This document shows positions 1 through 12,871 of a stretch of 64,000 nt of DNA, in pieces (positions within the stretch are counted from its first letter, which is position 1; each line of letters opens with the position of its first letter). This stretch comes from Octopus vulgaris (taxonomy: Eukaryota). The position numbers were made by a program, and so were the translations under genes. The DNA lies in NCBI GenBank assembly GCA_951406725.2, contig OX597819.1:16368001-16432000 (forward strand). Reading direction: 5' to 3'. A model generated the notes under the pieces. That model did not search any database and had not been told where the DNA came from. It was given only the letters and a program-made list of their open reading frames with translations.

Positions 1-725
1 AACATCTGTAAAACTTCTGACACCAAGAAATGCAGACTCTGTGGAAAGAGTGAGGAAAATGTGAGCCATTTGGTAAGTGGATGTGAGAGCCTTGCACAAA
101 AAGAATACAAGCGCCGCCACGATAAAGGGTGTGTGTATCTTCATTGGCTCTTATGCCATAAATATCAATATGAAGTAACAGAGAACTGGTATGAGCATGT
201 ACCAAGTAAAGTTATGTAGGAGGATGGAAAAGTAACGATACTCTGGGACTATAATTTTCAAACGGATCGTGTAATCGAACACCGTCGGCCGGATATTGTC
301 ATATTGAATAAACGAGACAAATACTGTCAGATCATTGATGTAGCCATACCAAATGACATGAATGTTGTGAGTAAAGAGGTTGAAAAAATCACCAAGTACT
401 CCGAATTGAAACTGGAAATGGCAAGACTGTATGGAATACCAGAGGGTAATGTAAAGGTGATACCAGTGGTGATCTGGGCTTTGGGCTCAATCCCATTGAA
501 ACTTCAAGACTTCTTAAGGCAACTGGAAATCCTATGCAAGATTGATGTCTTGCAAAAAGCAACCTTATTGGGCACAGCGCACATCTTAAGGAAAATATTA
601 TCTGTCTGAAGTCCTTGTTGTGATAGATGACTAAAAACTCCGGTGCATTTTTATCTACAGTGATACGAAAAAAAAAAAAGAATAATAATAATAATAATAA
701 TAATAATTATAATAATAATAATAAT
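1..725 (+). mobile_element. 3' end of an RLE-type non-LTR retrotransposon (R4/Dong-like)
   Basis: CRLC..HLVSGC zinc knuckle, KRRHD, WDYNFQTDRVIEHRRPDIV..IIDVAIP..EKITKY endonuclease motifs; one in-frame stop; (TAA)n tail. Confidence 0.88.
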
Positions 726-1117
726 TTCAAATTTTGCTACAGGGGCAGCAATTTGGGGGAGGAGATAAGTCGATTTCATCGGCCCCAATGTTTCACTGGT
801 ACTTAATTCATTGACCCTGAAAGGATGAAAGGCAAAGTCAAACTCGGCGGAATTTGAACTCAGAACGTATCGGCAGACGAAATACCTATTTCTTTACTAC
901 TCACAAGGGGCTAAACACACAGAGGACAAAGAAGGACAGACAAAGGGATTAAGTCGATTATATCGACCCCAGTGCGTAACTGGTACTTATTTAATCGACC
1001 CCGAAAGGATGAAAGGCAAAGTCGACATCGGTGGAATTTGAACTCAGAACGTAGCGGCAGACGAAATACCGCTACGCATTTCGCCTGGCGTGCTAACGAT
1101 TCTGCCAGCTCGCCGCC
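726..1117 (-). mobile_element. tRNA-derived SINE dimer (Meta-domain-like family)
   Basis: Minus strand reads GGCGGCGAGCTGGCAGAA...GAGTTCAAATTCC...CTTTCATCCTTTCGGGGTCGAT; flanked by TAA/TGA repeats; many copies in the window. Confidence 0.85.
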
Positions 1118-1149
1118 TTTTGATGATGATGATGATGATGATGACGATG

Positions 1150-1192
<43 letters not shown>

Positions 1193-1249
1193 TAATAATA
1201 ATGATAATAATATGTTCCCAAATGATAAAATAAAACAAATAAAAAAAAT

Positions 1250-2000
1250 ATAGCCAAACAAACCAGACTCCAGTACACTAAGAAGAAATGGGAGCAAAAA
1301 CCACTGAATGGTAAATACTTGAATAGAGTCAGGGACCAAATCTTTATCCATCAGTGGCTGACATGCTCTGGTCTCAAACCAGAAACTGAAGGGGTAAATC
1401 ATTGCTGCTTAGGATCATCTCCTTCCAACGAAGAATTATCAAAGTAATGTTCTGAAACATGAATGTGCCGCCAATGCGTAGAACATCCAGAGACATTCGA
1501 CTATGAGATCTCCAAATGCGGCCAACTGGCACCAACAGAGTGCTTGCAAAGACATGGCAGGGCAGCTCAATACATACACTGGCCAATATATCGCACATGC
1601 GACCTCTCTCACGAAGATAATTGATGGGAACAAAAACTGCAAAACTTGTGCAGAATGCTGAAGTTAGTATCCTTTGGTATTTCAGTGTTGAAGCTGATCG
1701 AGAAACACAGGTTAACCGACCAGCTACCGTTGTGAAAAAGGTTGAAAAGATTTATCTTCTGATTGATGTTGCTGCTCCATCTCTGAGAACATTTGAGAAA
1801 TTGAGCAAATGTAAGAACCTGGAGATTGAAATCAGAAGAATGTGACATCTCAAAGCAACAACATTACCTATTATTATTGGGGCACTTCAAATGACATCAA
1901 GAGGAGCAAACAAATATGTAGACCAAATTCTTGGCAGCCCCAAAAGAAGTGAACTGCAAAAGATCCTACTTATGAGTTCCTCACATATTTTGCTAAATTC
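1250..2000 (+). mobile_element. Degenerate R4/Dong-like LINE 3' fragment
   Basis: Frameshifted WSKKPLNGKY, GLKPETEG, ILWYFSVEADR..NRP..LIDVAAP and PIIIGAL motifs. Confidence 0.75.
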
Positions 2001-2229
2001 CTCTCCATGGAAATGTAATCTTACTCATTCTGTGTGTGATTACTTTTTTTGTTTTGTTTTGTTTTTTTTTGCACACACATTTTTTTCAATTGCACGGCAT
2101 CTCATCAGTTACCATCTTTAGAAGCAAAATCTTGTTGTCCCTTTACGTCTCTGGTTGAAAATTGGGTGTAACTTTTATAAATCAAAGCAAAACCAAAATA
2201 TAATAACAATTATGATTTCCTTTATTAGC

Positions 2230-2866
2230 CACAGGGGCATAGCTGAAGGGGACATCACGAGGACGGACAGCAATTTGTGTGGGGGTTGACATGGAGGATG
2301 AGAAGAAAGAAATGGAAAAGACAGTGAAATGCGATAAAAGTATACGTAGTTTAGAAAGTATGTGATAAGAAGACTGATGCAGTCTCCTCCTGATACAGGG
2401 GAAACTCTAGTTAGGGCCCATCAGGAACCCTACAGACCCGAGATTACCAACTGTTGCTCTTCAATCTACATGCACATGCTTAGAGTGGAGCCATTCCCTC
2501 TAACCATTTTTGCCGAAGTCACCCATCGTTTCACGTCACTAGGGGGTGAGCTAGCACTTCCCTCTCCACCCTGGCTTTCTTTTCCAAGTGGAATTTTATA
2601 ACAATCGATGAAAGCTTGGCCGAAGAGGAAGGTATTCTCAATTCTTTCATCCTCATCCACAAGACAGAGGGACACCGCCTGCCCGGCATTGTTAAAGGTG
2701 GGCGGTGGGGCAATCCCAGCGATGGGTTCAGACCGATTGTGGATTCGTCCCACATGCGATAACAGCTGTTCGACATAACTCCACAAGTCAGCAATACTCG
2801 GACACTTGCACGGGCGCATGCAGAAGGTACGGGGGTCACACATTGTAAAGAGCGGGTACAGACGGT
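2230..2866 (-). mobile_element. Tx1/L1-like LINE 3' fragment
   Basis: C-terminal segment CPSIADLWSYVEQLLSHVGRI...FHLEKKARVEREVL...KRWV, frameshifted. Confidence 0.55.
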
Positions 2867-3399
2867 CTTATTGATCGCAGAGCTTGTAGATATTTATTTC
2901 ATCAATTCCAAAAGCGAATTTGATTTCTGTATGAGTGGAATTCAAATGTAAAGATCTGTAAATAAATACTACAAGACATTTTTCTCCTTGTTCATCTCTT
3001 TCAGCCAAATATCTTGATGAAAGAATACATTCGGTTATAACACCTCCGATGCTTTCTAATTGTGCCATCACCCATCACTAATAATACCAACAACAGTTTA
3101 TAATAGAGAGAGTGCTCGACTTAGTTGTTGACTGGTTCTTATTTAATCGGCCCCAGGAGTATGAAAAGTGAAGTCGGTCTACGGCTGGATATGAAATAAG
3201 AACGATGACTAAATTCCGTTAACGATTTTGTGCAACTTTGCGAGATCCGTAATATTAGTGATCATTTCTGCAAAGTGAAATGGATGAGAGATAAATCTCA
3301 GCACCAGGAAAAAACGCTAGTCTACCACAAGAAATTACCTCACCTTCTAGTTTGGATGTAATGTATCTATCGCAGGTCCAGAAGCCATTCTTCCTGTCA

Positions 3400-5420
3400 A
3401 TGCTGCTGTTGCCTTCTAGCTTACGGAATATTAACCATGCATTACTTTTTTTGCTAGTTCGATGTCTGCTTTTCCTCCAAGCTTCTGTTTAGGTAGGCCA
3501 GTCCAGCCTCCTTTGGATCGCATGAGACAGCTGTTTTCTGAGAGTACCTGCACAGTAGCTCTTCTCCAACTCTGATGATATTGTTGCTCTCATTTTTTGT
3601 AAATGCATGGAATGTACTCGTTTCTTTCTTTACTGTTCAGCAGGTGTTGCCTGAGTGATACAATGCGACATTCAAAAGGTGTTTAGGCTGACCTTATGCC
3701 TCTATCACCATCACTTCGTCTCATATAAATCATAACTGTGTCACTGTTAAATGTAGAGGTCGCCAGTTGTGGTCAGTACCTTTCTGATTTTGATGACCAG
3801 GTTGCATAGCTTATCGAGTGTCCAGTCCAATATCCCAAATGTTTACACTAGCACTGGTACTACAAAAACTGTGAGACATGGTCTTGTTAAATGCAGAGTT
3901 CCATATTTTCCAGAGTCTACAGAAGAACTCTTTTGTTATTCTGGCTTCAGTCCCAGCACCGGTGTATGCTACATTCTCATAGATTTCGGGGTAGTTGTAG
4001 CTTTCATCTTTAGAGATAGCGGAGATAGTCAAGTCATTGATGTACATGTTCTCTGTCTGGCCAACAATCCTTCCTCGGTTAACTATCTTGTAGGAGCATT
4101 TATCTTGCCCAAACTCCATTCCTATATCTTGTGTGAGAAGGTTGTGACTAGTTCTAACTGTCTCTTGATGTTGGTCATATTACCAGAATAAAAATTTGGG
4201 TTATCAACAAAAAATGTGTGAGTGACATTAATTTTATTCTTTTCTGCATATCGTAGCATGTAACCTTGGCATTTTGTTAATAGGGCTGACAGGGGATTCG
4301 TTGCCAGTACAAACAGCATTACAGATAAACTATCCCCCTGGAATATGCCTGTTGATAGCTTAATTCTGTTAAGTGTTGTTTTAGTAGTTGTCAGTGATGA
4401 GTGACGCAGAGAGTCGAACGCCTTCTTGTAGTCGAGCAATACCTTTAAGAGATTACGGCGATGTTGCTTGGCTCCCTTAAAGAGAGCTTTGTTGTGGAGG
4501 AGCTGTTCTTTCTTTCCTTCTACCTGTTCATCAGTTATCACCCCATTTGTTTGGCAGTGGTCTTGGAGAAATATATTCAGATAGCCTGTGTACAACTTGT
4601 GTGGAGGCGCAATGGCCCAGTGGTTAGGGCAGCGGACTCGCGGTCGGAGGATCGCGGTTTCGATTCCCATACCGAGCGTTGTGTTTCTTTATTGAGCGAA
4701 AACACTTAAAAAAAGCTCCACGAGGCTCCGGCAGAGGACGGTGGCGACCCCTGTTGTACTCTTTCGCCACAACTTTCTCTCACTCTTTCTTCCTGTTTCT
4801 TGAGTAACGCTGCGATTGACTGGCGACCCGTCCAGCTGGGGGGGGGGAACACATACGCCACAGAAACCGGGAAACCGGGCCCATGAGCCTGGCTAGGCTT
4901 GAAAAGGGCAACGTTTATCGTTTATAGTGTACAACTTGTACATAACATTCAAGCATGCTATGGGCCTGTAGTTTTTGGCAACATGGGTCTCTTTGTTCTT
5001 GGGAATAAGAGTGGTCCATGCAACCGTCAGCTAATCCGCTCAGCCTCCATTGTTGTTATTGAAATAGGTTCGTAAGAATTTCTCTGTAAAACGTGAGCTT
5101 TTTATACCAGTAGGCTACTATCAGGTCATTTTGAAGTGATTTTTCCATTCGGCATTTTCATAATAACCGTGTCGGGAGTGTTTCATTGGTGATGCTGTAT
5201 GTTTTGGGAAAAGCGTTTACACAGTATTCACTTGGTAGGTCGTTTAATCATGCTGCATCGCGGTTGTTTGTTTACATTCCGGATTCCTCGGCAGAATGAC
5301 TCTAGGTCTTCTTGGGGTGGAGCATTTACTGTCTTGATGGTATCGCCTTTCATACTGCGATTTACAGCTTGTGAGTTTTGGGTAAACTTACGGTTTATCA
5401 TTCTCCGTTCATGCAATTTT
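3400..5420 (-). mobile_element. Degenerate R4/Dong-like reverse transcriptase region, interrupted by a SINE
   Basis: LDYKKAFDS, GIFQGDSLSVMLFVLATNPLS, HTFFVDN and MEFGQDKC RT motifs; YRPIACLNVMYKLYT is split by the SINE. Confidence 0.85.
4601..4926 (+). mobile_element. tRNA-derived SINE with 13-bp target-site duplication
   Basis: A box GGCCCAGTGGTTAGGGC and B box GGTTTCGATTCCC. TSD GTGTACAACTTGT at 4588-4600 and 4927-4939. Confidence 0.88.
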
Positions 5421-5486
5421 TACAATAACGAAGTGTGTGTATGTATGTATGTATGTATGTATGTATGTATGTATGTATGTATGTAT

Positions 5487-5872
5487 GACCCTGCCTCAGT
5501 AAAGCTGGACTCATGAGTCATCTTCGTAGTCATAAAACGAGACAGATGAGCGACAACCTGGCCACTGGTGGTGGTGTAACACACCATACTAATCATATCT
5601 GTCGGGCATGTGGAAGAGAGTGTAATTCGGCAGGAGGACTTAAACGACATGCAAAGGTACATGAAGCCCAGTTACAACTACAGCCGGTTATTACCAGTAA
5701 AGGTTTTAGTTGCCAATTTTGTACAAGACATTGTAGATCTTTAGCTGGGCTAAAAAAGTCACATTCGATCACAGCACCAGTAACAGTTAAGCTTCTTGCA
5801 ATGACCATACTCGATAACGAGGGGGCAGCCATCATGTATGTATGTATGTATGTATGTATGTATGTATGTATG
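5487..5872 (+). mobile_element. RTE-like LINE 3' end with C2H2-type fingers and (ATGT)n tail
   Basis: CRACGRECNSAGGLKRHAKVH and CQFCTRHCRSLAGLK motifs, then a short UTR and (ATGT)n; also preceded by (TATG)n. Confidence 0.65.
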
Positions 5873-6935
5873 TGCGTGTGTGTGTTTAAGCGTGCGTGCA
5901 TATGGGCAACTAGTCTGTGCTGTGCCCAACTTTCTGTGACAAAGAGAAGTATTTGTTGTGGGATTGAAATGGTGCTCAAAGTGACCAAAGTTTTTGTTTC
6001 GGATCAGGAATCCCCAGATTGGTGGAACAAATGAGAAGTGGACGTGAAACGGTTGAAACAATCAAGTTGTGTCTGGTTTGGAGTGAATGGTGTCTGCGGG
6101 GGGGGGTCTGTTTTCAGTTTTTATGTTGGTGGTGTATTTTTATATGTTGGGTATGAATTAGTTTGGTATGGACGCAGCATGGCCAAAATTCGCTTTGCAG
6201 TTGCCAGGTCCCTGGTTCGATCCCAATGTTTGACATTTTGATCAAGCATTATTTACCATAGTCTCCGATCGACCTAAACCATATGAGAGAATTTGGGATG
6301 ACAGAAACTGTTCGGAAGCCTACGGATGAATTGTGTGTGTAATACGATGCTCCAACCTTTCCATACAGTGTGGCGCTGATTCTGTTTGAATTTAACGTTA
6401 AGAGTGCACATGCCTGTGGAATACTCAACCACTTTTACACTGCTGGGAGTTCAATTGATTGAACAACGGGATGTTTATTGTGGAAATCAACGGAAACCCA
6501 TTTTTTGGTTTACTCATTTTAGGGCAACAAAAATTTTCATCAAAAACTTATAAAGATATTGATGATGGAAATTTGGTTGGTGTCTAAGAATAGTAGCTTA
6601 AAGATAAGGAAAAATTTGTTATAAGAGATGGAATTTAAGGTGTGGTCGAATTAAAGTTTAACGAATATGCTTTTCATTTGAAGGTCGTTGCGGTCAGCGA
6701 GTGGTGACTGAAATGATTTTTATTGGGAGTGCGTGTGGTATGGGGCGGGGTGGAGGGTGACTAGTTGCGTTGGTCTGAAAGACTGATATTTATCTGGTAA
6801 GTCGTGTGAGTGGAGAAACAGTTGGTGGGGGAGGATTTTAGAAAGATGGAATTAGTGAGCGTTAATAATGCACACACGCATGCATACACACAGAAAACCA
6901 CAAAGTTACAGAGACAAAGCTATACACAAACATAT

Positions 6936-7321
6936 GTGGAAGCACTCCGTCGGTTACGACGATGAGGGTTCCGGTTGATCCGATCAACGGAACAGCCTGC
7001 TCGTGAAATTAACGTGTAAGTGGCTGAGCACTCCACAGACACGTGTACCTTTAACGTAGTTCTCGGGGATATTCAGCGTGACACAGAGAGTGACAAGGCC
7101 GGCCCTTTGAAATAAAGGTACAACAGAAACAGGAAGTAAGAGTGAGAGAAAGTTGTGGTGAAAGAGTACAGCAGGGATCACCACCATCCCTGCCGGAGCC
7201 TCGTGGAGCTTTAGGTGTTTTCACTCAATAAACACTCACAACGCCCGGTCTGGGAATCGAAACCGCGATCCTATGACCGCGAGTCCGCTGCCGTAACCAC
7301 TGGGCCATTGCGCCTCCACGT
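6936..7321 (-). mobile_element. Full-length tRNA-derived SINE (Deu/Nin-like 3' part) with TSD
   Basis: Same head as the 4601 copy and same tail as 25255-25634. TSD TACACAAACATAT at 6923-6935 and 7322-7334. Confidence 0.88.
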
Positions 7322-7348
7322 TACACAAACATATAATGTGTGGATGCA

Positions 7349-7470
7349 TGAATCACAATGTGCGTTTAGAGGTGATAGAAGTACTATGGATAAGATATTT
7401 TCAGCTGGACAGTTACAAGAGAAGTGCATCGAACAGGATATGGGCTTATATCAAGTCTTTATTGTCCTAT
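7349..7470 (+). mobile_element. RTE-clade reverse transcriptase fragment
   Basis: ESQCAFRGDRSTMDKIFSAGQLQEKCIEQDMGLYQVF matches the RTE PESQCGFR..RST.D.IF..RQLQEKC motif. Confidence 0.8.
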
Positions 7471-7529
7471 GCAAAATGGCATTACTTTTTGACTCACCCT
7501 CGTACATTGCCTGGATTACAAGTTTAGGT

Positions 7530-7700
7530 TAATACCTGTAATTATTGGGGCACTGGAATATGTAACAAACTGAGTACCAATCTTGAGAAATTAGGATTCT
7601 TAAAACCAGAAAGGAGAAAGCTGATTCGAAGACGACAAGTCGAACCCATCACTGGAACTGTCAAAATTTGTAAAACTTTCCAGATGTTTAGCATTTAAGT
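7530..7700 (+). mobile_element. RLE-LINE extreme 3' fragment (same family as 18480-18955)
   Basis: PVIIGALEYV..NLEKLGF..RKLIRR..ITGTVKICKTF. Confidence 0.65.
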
Positions 7701-8570
7701 ATTTTGCGCTTGTGTAGACATGCAATTATATGCATCAGAATACACATATAAAACAAAACATACAAATCTGCATGTACATATGTGTGCATCCAAATACTGC
7801 ACACATGTACACATATGTTGATGTTGAAATTCCAACAAAGGAACCTTGGATCTAGATTAGAAACCGACTCTCTCCTATTGATAAGAAATCTTAAAATAAA
7901 ACTGAATGATGACATGCATCCATAACATACATAAATACATATATAAAACGCATCTTTATCGTCAGCAGTAAGTATACGAAAGGGCTATGTTTCGTGTAGA
8001 TGCAGGCTAATTGTGATGAGGAAGAGGGGAATTTTTAGCTGTGTGTATATTGACTAACGCATACATTTCCACAATTTTCAACCGATTTTCACCAAACTTT
8101 ACACACACATTACTTATGTCCCAAGGATGGTCATGCACTAAACATTTCCCCCAGAGCTCTCGCGTAAATGGACCTAAATGGACATAGTTTTTTGTATGTA
8201 GGGACTTCCATTCTTTTTTTAACTTTTTATAAAAGTGAAAGGATTTTGTCTATTTATTTATTTCCACATGTATGTATGTATGTATATATGTATGCATGTA
8301 TGTATGTATGTATGTATGTATGTATGTATGTATGTATGTATGTATGTATGTATGTATGTATGTATGTATGCAAGTTTGTATGTTGGTACGTTTGTGCCAC
8401 ATAGTTCGCTTTCCTTTACTCGTGTGTTTGTATTCAAGGGATCGTGAACGAGACTAGTTGACTGATGGGCAGTTAGAAAGTAAAGCACTCATGAGTAGAC
8501 AATATAATATTTATTTATATTTATTTTTTATTCATTTAGTTTTCATATTTTTATTGATTTTTCTTATATT

Positions 8571-8932
8571 CTAGCACTATGACCCGGCGTTGCCGGGTCA
8601 TAATGCGAGTGCTTGCATATACAGCTGCGTGCTTGCGCACATACACGTGAGTACTGTCCAAATCTCCGACCAATCACATACAGCTAGCTGGCATTCAATT
8701 GGCGTATCAAGTTTCGGGCATTTTGATTGGGTTTTGGATAGAAAATTCACAAAAGTCACTTCTATTGATTTTTTAATGGCTTTGCGGGGTGACTGGGGAA
8801 ATGTAAATATGTGCACGACCACCCTTGGATGGTTTTGAATGACCATAGAAAGTGCGAGCCCTCTAACTGAAAAATTGTGGATTTGTATAAAGGACACGTA
8901 CACAGACATTTTGCTTTTTTTATATAGAGAGA
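8571..8932 (-). mobile_element. Non-autonomous Helitron
   Basis: Minus strand starts TCTCTCTATATAAAA and ends with hairpin GACCCGGCAACGCCGGGTC followed by GTGCTAG. Confidence 0.75.
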
Positions 8933-9410
8933 TCCCACGTTTCACCCATATATAACTCTTTAGACTTTTTAAATTTGTCCCATCTACCTCTACTTCTTTT
9001 ACCCCTTCAATCCAACCGGTTTCCCTCCATCATTTTTGCTCAGTTGGAATCTACCAATCTATACGTGAGTCCCTTTACCAAGGAGTTGTCCACGCCTATT
9101 CCCCAAATACCAGGCAACTAACCCTCTCCAGAACCGCCTCCCTACAATCCTATGCAAATGGTGAATTACCGCGGCTTTCTCGCTTTCAGGCGACATTTCT
9201 ATCACTGAAACAGAATTCATTCTCTGAGAGGCATTCCATATTAAATAAATTTTGTATGGACACACACACACATATACACACATATATGTATATACAGACA
9301 TATATATATGCACATATATATGCTTATATATGTGTGTGTATATATATACGTATTCATATGTATATGTACATATATATATAAATATGTATATGCAAATGTG
9401 TATATGTGTG

Positions 9411-9445
<35 letters not shown>

Positions 9446-9749
9446 TGACAGGGTTTGTGCTTAAGAAGCTCACTTTGGAGCGACATGCTTTCGATTTCAG
9501 TTCCACTGTGTTGAACTCCCTCCTTAAGATATATATATATATATACAGTATTAAAACCGAGCGAAACAGAGCTCATTTAACGCAATACCCCTTATAACAT
9601 CACCTAACGAGACACTTCTGCACCGAGCGATCTACCACAACCAGTTTCACAGTATCCCACCTTCGGGGGATCGATGCAGGATTCGTCGGAACGATCGTTG
9701 TGAGCAACAATAAAGTTTCACGTATATTTCATTTTCCGTCTCTCATTTG

Positions 9750-9782
<33 letters not shown>

Positions 9783-9787
<5 letters not shown>

Positions 9788-10919
9788 TATTATAAAAGGC
9801 AGATTTTATCTGCCTCCTTTGGGAGTTATAGAAATCTACAATATAGGATTTCTTCAATTACAATTTACCTGGCATTTTTGAGAGTACAATGCATCGCGTC
9901 ATGCCAGGTCCAGTTTTTAAAATTTAAACTCCAATTAAGCAAAATTTACAGAAAACTCACATTCTGGTGTGTGTGTCAAATGCTTTTCTTAGTCTGGTTT
10001 ACACCACACGCAAACGCACACACACACAAAGGGAGCGAATTGTTTCACTGACGCTATCACCCTTCTCCTCCTTTGTCTTTGCAAGTTGGCAGCTATTAAA
10101 GTGAAAACAGTGAATCCGACAGCGATAAAGAAAACGAATTGGTACCTGAATGGAGTGAAAATTTAAAAACTGTTTCTTTCGGTGAGTTTTCTGAAGAAAC
10201 TGGACCTAGCCACAGACTTTCCCAGAAGAGTAAAGCCTTAGACTATTTCTATTTACTTTTTCGAATGAGCCTATTTGAAATCATTACGCTAAACGTAAAC
10301 AAACCGAAAGAAAGGATAGTTTGTTATTTCCCACAATCTTAAATGAAATTAAGGCCTATTTTGCCATAAATATTATTATGGGTATCAGAAAGTTACCCAG
10401 AATAACAAATTCTATCGTAAAATTTTGTTGTATACCCAATTGAATATTAGCTAATAACCCATTTTCTATAGCGATGTTTGAACAAAATTTTAATAATTTT
10501 ACAGAAAGTTACCCAGAATAACAAATTCTATCGTAAAATTTTGTTGTATACCCAATTGAATATTAGCTAATAACCCATTTTCTATAGCGATGTTTGAACA
10601 AAATTTTAATAATTTTACAGAAAGTTACCCAGAATAACAAACGAGCCCTTCTGGGTATTAGCGCGCGTCTACGATGAGTCTACGATTTAAAAAACAATTA
10701 CCATCATATTTTTCCATTTTAATGCATTTTTTTCGCTTTTATATAAGGGAAGTAACTCTCTAAAAATATCTACGATGTGTCAACGATTTAAAGAAAAATT
10801 TACCTTAATTTTTTTCAATTTTTAATGCATTTTTTTGCTACTTTTTGGCTATAACTCTCTAAAAATGCTTATATAGTTATTTCCCTTACAACCCGAGCAA
10901 CGCCGGGCGATACTGCTAG
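9783..10919 (+). mobile_element. Non-autonomous Helitron carrying a piggyBac transposase fragment
   Basis: A|TC...CTAG|T termini and subterminal hairpin CCCGAGCAACGCCGGG. Internal FSEETGP..ALDYFYLLF..LFEII..EIKAYFAINIIMGIRKLP is PGBD-like. Confidence 0.8.
10386..10641 (+). repeat. 116-bp tandem repeat (about 2.2 copies) inside the Helitron
   Basis: CAGAAAGTTACCCAGAATAACAAA recurs at 10386, 10502 and 10618. Confidence 0.9.
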
Positions 10920-11053
10920 TATATAATAAACCTTTACATATATAAATATAAATAACGTGAAATACACGAAGGGGCGAACATTAGAAACAGACGAGTCATT
11001 CAAAGCCTTCGTTCTTCAGTCAGAAACCGATTCATTATTGCAAATTTCGGCTG

Positions 11054-11108
<55 letters not shown>

Positions 11109-11122
11109 GGTTGTTTTGTTGA

Positions 11123-11643
11123 AAATACTGATAGGACACAGGAAGTATGTCAATAGCCAGCTGGAGGAGATGTCTTCCTGGGGCTACAAGCTACAGTAGC
11201 ATCCACCCTTAAGGATTGGCCACATTTATGTGGCAAATATACTTCACGATGTCGTTTATACTTCGCTCAGAGATGTATTGCTTGTTTACACTTTTTCGAG
11301 ATCAGTGACTTTTCGTTTCGTCACTGGAAAAAGGATATATCTATTTGCATTGGGATCCACTTCACATCGACAACGGGTGATTGTCACACGCTGATGACGG
11401 GTCAATACTCAGAAACCCGGGTCCGTGTGTATCACGCCAGGTTGAAGATGGGAAGGATAACTTCCCTTTGCAAATACTGATAGGGCACAGGAAATGTGTC
11501 AATAGCCAGCTGGAGGAGATATCTTCCTGGGGCTACAAACTACAGTAGCATCCGCCCTTAAGGATTAGCCACATTTAAGTGCCAAATATACTTTACGATG
11601 TCGTGCAGCTACTGTCTATACATCGGTCAGAGATTTATTGCTT
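11123..11643 (+). mobile_element. Retrozyme/Penelope pLTR-like element with a 349-bp period (about 1.5 units)
   Basis: Direct repeats 11123-11255 and 11472-11604 flank a hammerhead; the element lies between (TA)n and (CA)n tracts. Confidence 0.75.
11377..11435 (+). ncRNA. Type I hammerhead ribozyme, intact core
   Basis: Stem I CACACG/CGTGTG (extended by GTGAT/ATCAC), CTGATGA, stem II GGGT-CAAT-ACTC, GAAA, palindromic stem III ACCCGGGT, GUC triplet (predicted cut after 11423). Confidence 0.88.
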
Positions 11644-11645
11644 AT

Positions 11646-11752
<107 letters not shown>

Positions 11753-12414
11753 CATATATATATATATCAGTATGAGTTTCTGTTTCCCACCACCACCACC
11801 ACTTGAACATCGGTGTTGGTTTGTGTACGTCCTCATTGTTTTTCGGAAAAATGGACTGATAGAATGAGAGTACCAGACTCAAAACTTTAAACTTAATTAC
11901 TAGGGTAAACTAGGGTAAGCTTAATTACTAAAGCTTTCAAGGTGATGCCCCCATCAGGGCCACAGTCCTATGACTGAAACCAATTAAAAGAAAAAAAAGG
12001 ATAATGGATACAGTAATTGGTTTCGATCTCATCCTGGTTTACGCAGTCAATATTGTAATTAGTACCACGTCATTTTGGGAAACTAAAGTGAATCTTTACT
12101 GCATTGAGTTAAGTACTTATATACGCTAAACCTGCACTGAATCAATAATTGTATACTAATTAAAGAGTCAAAATAATATTCATTGTCAAAATTGTGATCA
12201 TTTACTTGGAAGATTCGTCTCTTATGGCTTTTCATAACATATATATCACGTGTGTGTATGTTTATGTATGTATGTATACTTATGCGTCAGTGTAGCGTAG
12301 AAATGTGTGGACGTGCACTTGTTGCGTCTATGTAATTAAATGCTTGAATATATGAAGACATCGAACAGCAGAGAGGCGTACGTGTCTGATTCGATCTATG
12401 CAGAAGTAGACATA

Positions 12415-12476
<62 letters not shown>

Positions 12477-12633
12477 TACACATACATTCGGACACACACA
12501 AATACACACAGGTACACACACACATACACAATTTTCATTTGTCTTAAGAAACGTAGAAAAGCATTAAAAAAGTATTCAAAACAAAAGTAGTTTGAAAGAA
12601 CTGCTTGTAAATGTATACATATATTATGTATAC

Positions 12634-12672
<39 letters not shown>

Positions 12673-12758
12673 AGAGTTTACGAAAAAACAAAAGACGAAG
12701 ACAGGTGGTGTACAAAACAAACAGATGTATTAGTATAACGCTCAGGAATAGAAAAAGT

Positions 12759-12794
12759 CTTTTACATTTCGAGCCTACGCTCTTCTACAGAAAG
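12759..12794 (-). ncRNA. Minimal hammerhead-like motif (CUGU core variant)
   Basis: Minus strand: CTTT-CTGTAGA-A-GAGC-GTAG-GCTC-GAAA-TG-TA-AAAG, inside a (TA)n-inserted repeat (12670-12820). Confidence 0.55.
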
Positions 12795-12833
12795 GGACAC
12801 AGAAAAAACAAGGAGAGAATATATATATATCTG

Positions 12834-12871
<38 letters not shown>

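Noticed and set aside
5513-6034. ORF with two C2H2-like zinc fingers as a host zinc-finger gene
   Set aside because: No TGEKP linkers or evident splice sites; frameshifted in the second finger; ends in a short UTR plus (ATGT)n like an RTE LINE 3' end.
10386-10641. CRISPR-like repeat-spacer array
   Set aside because: The intervening sequences are identical, so it is a plain tandem duplication in eukaryotic DNA.
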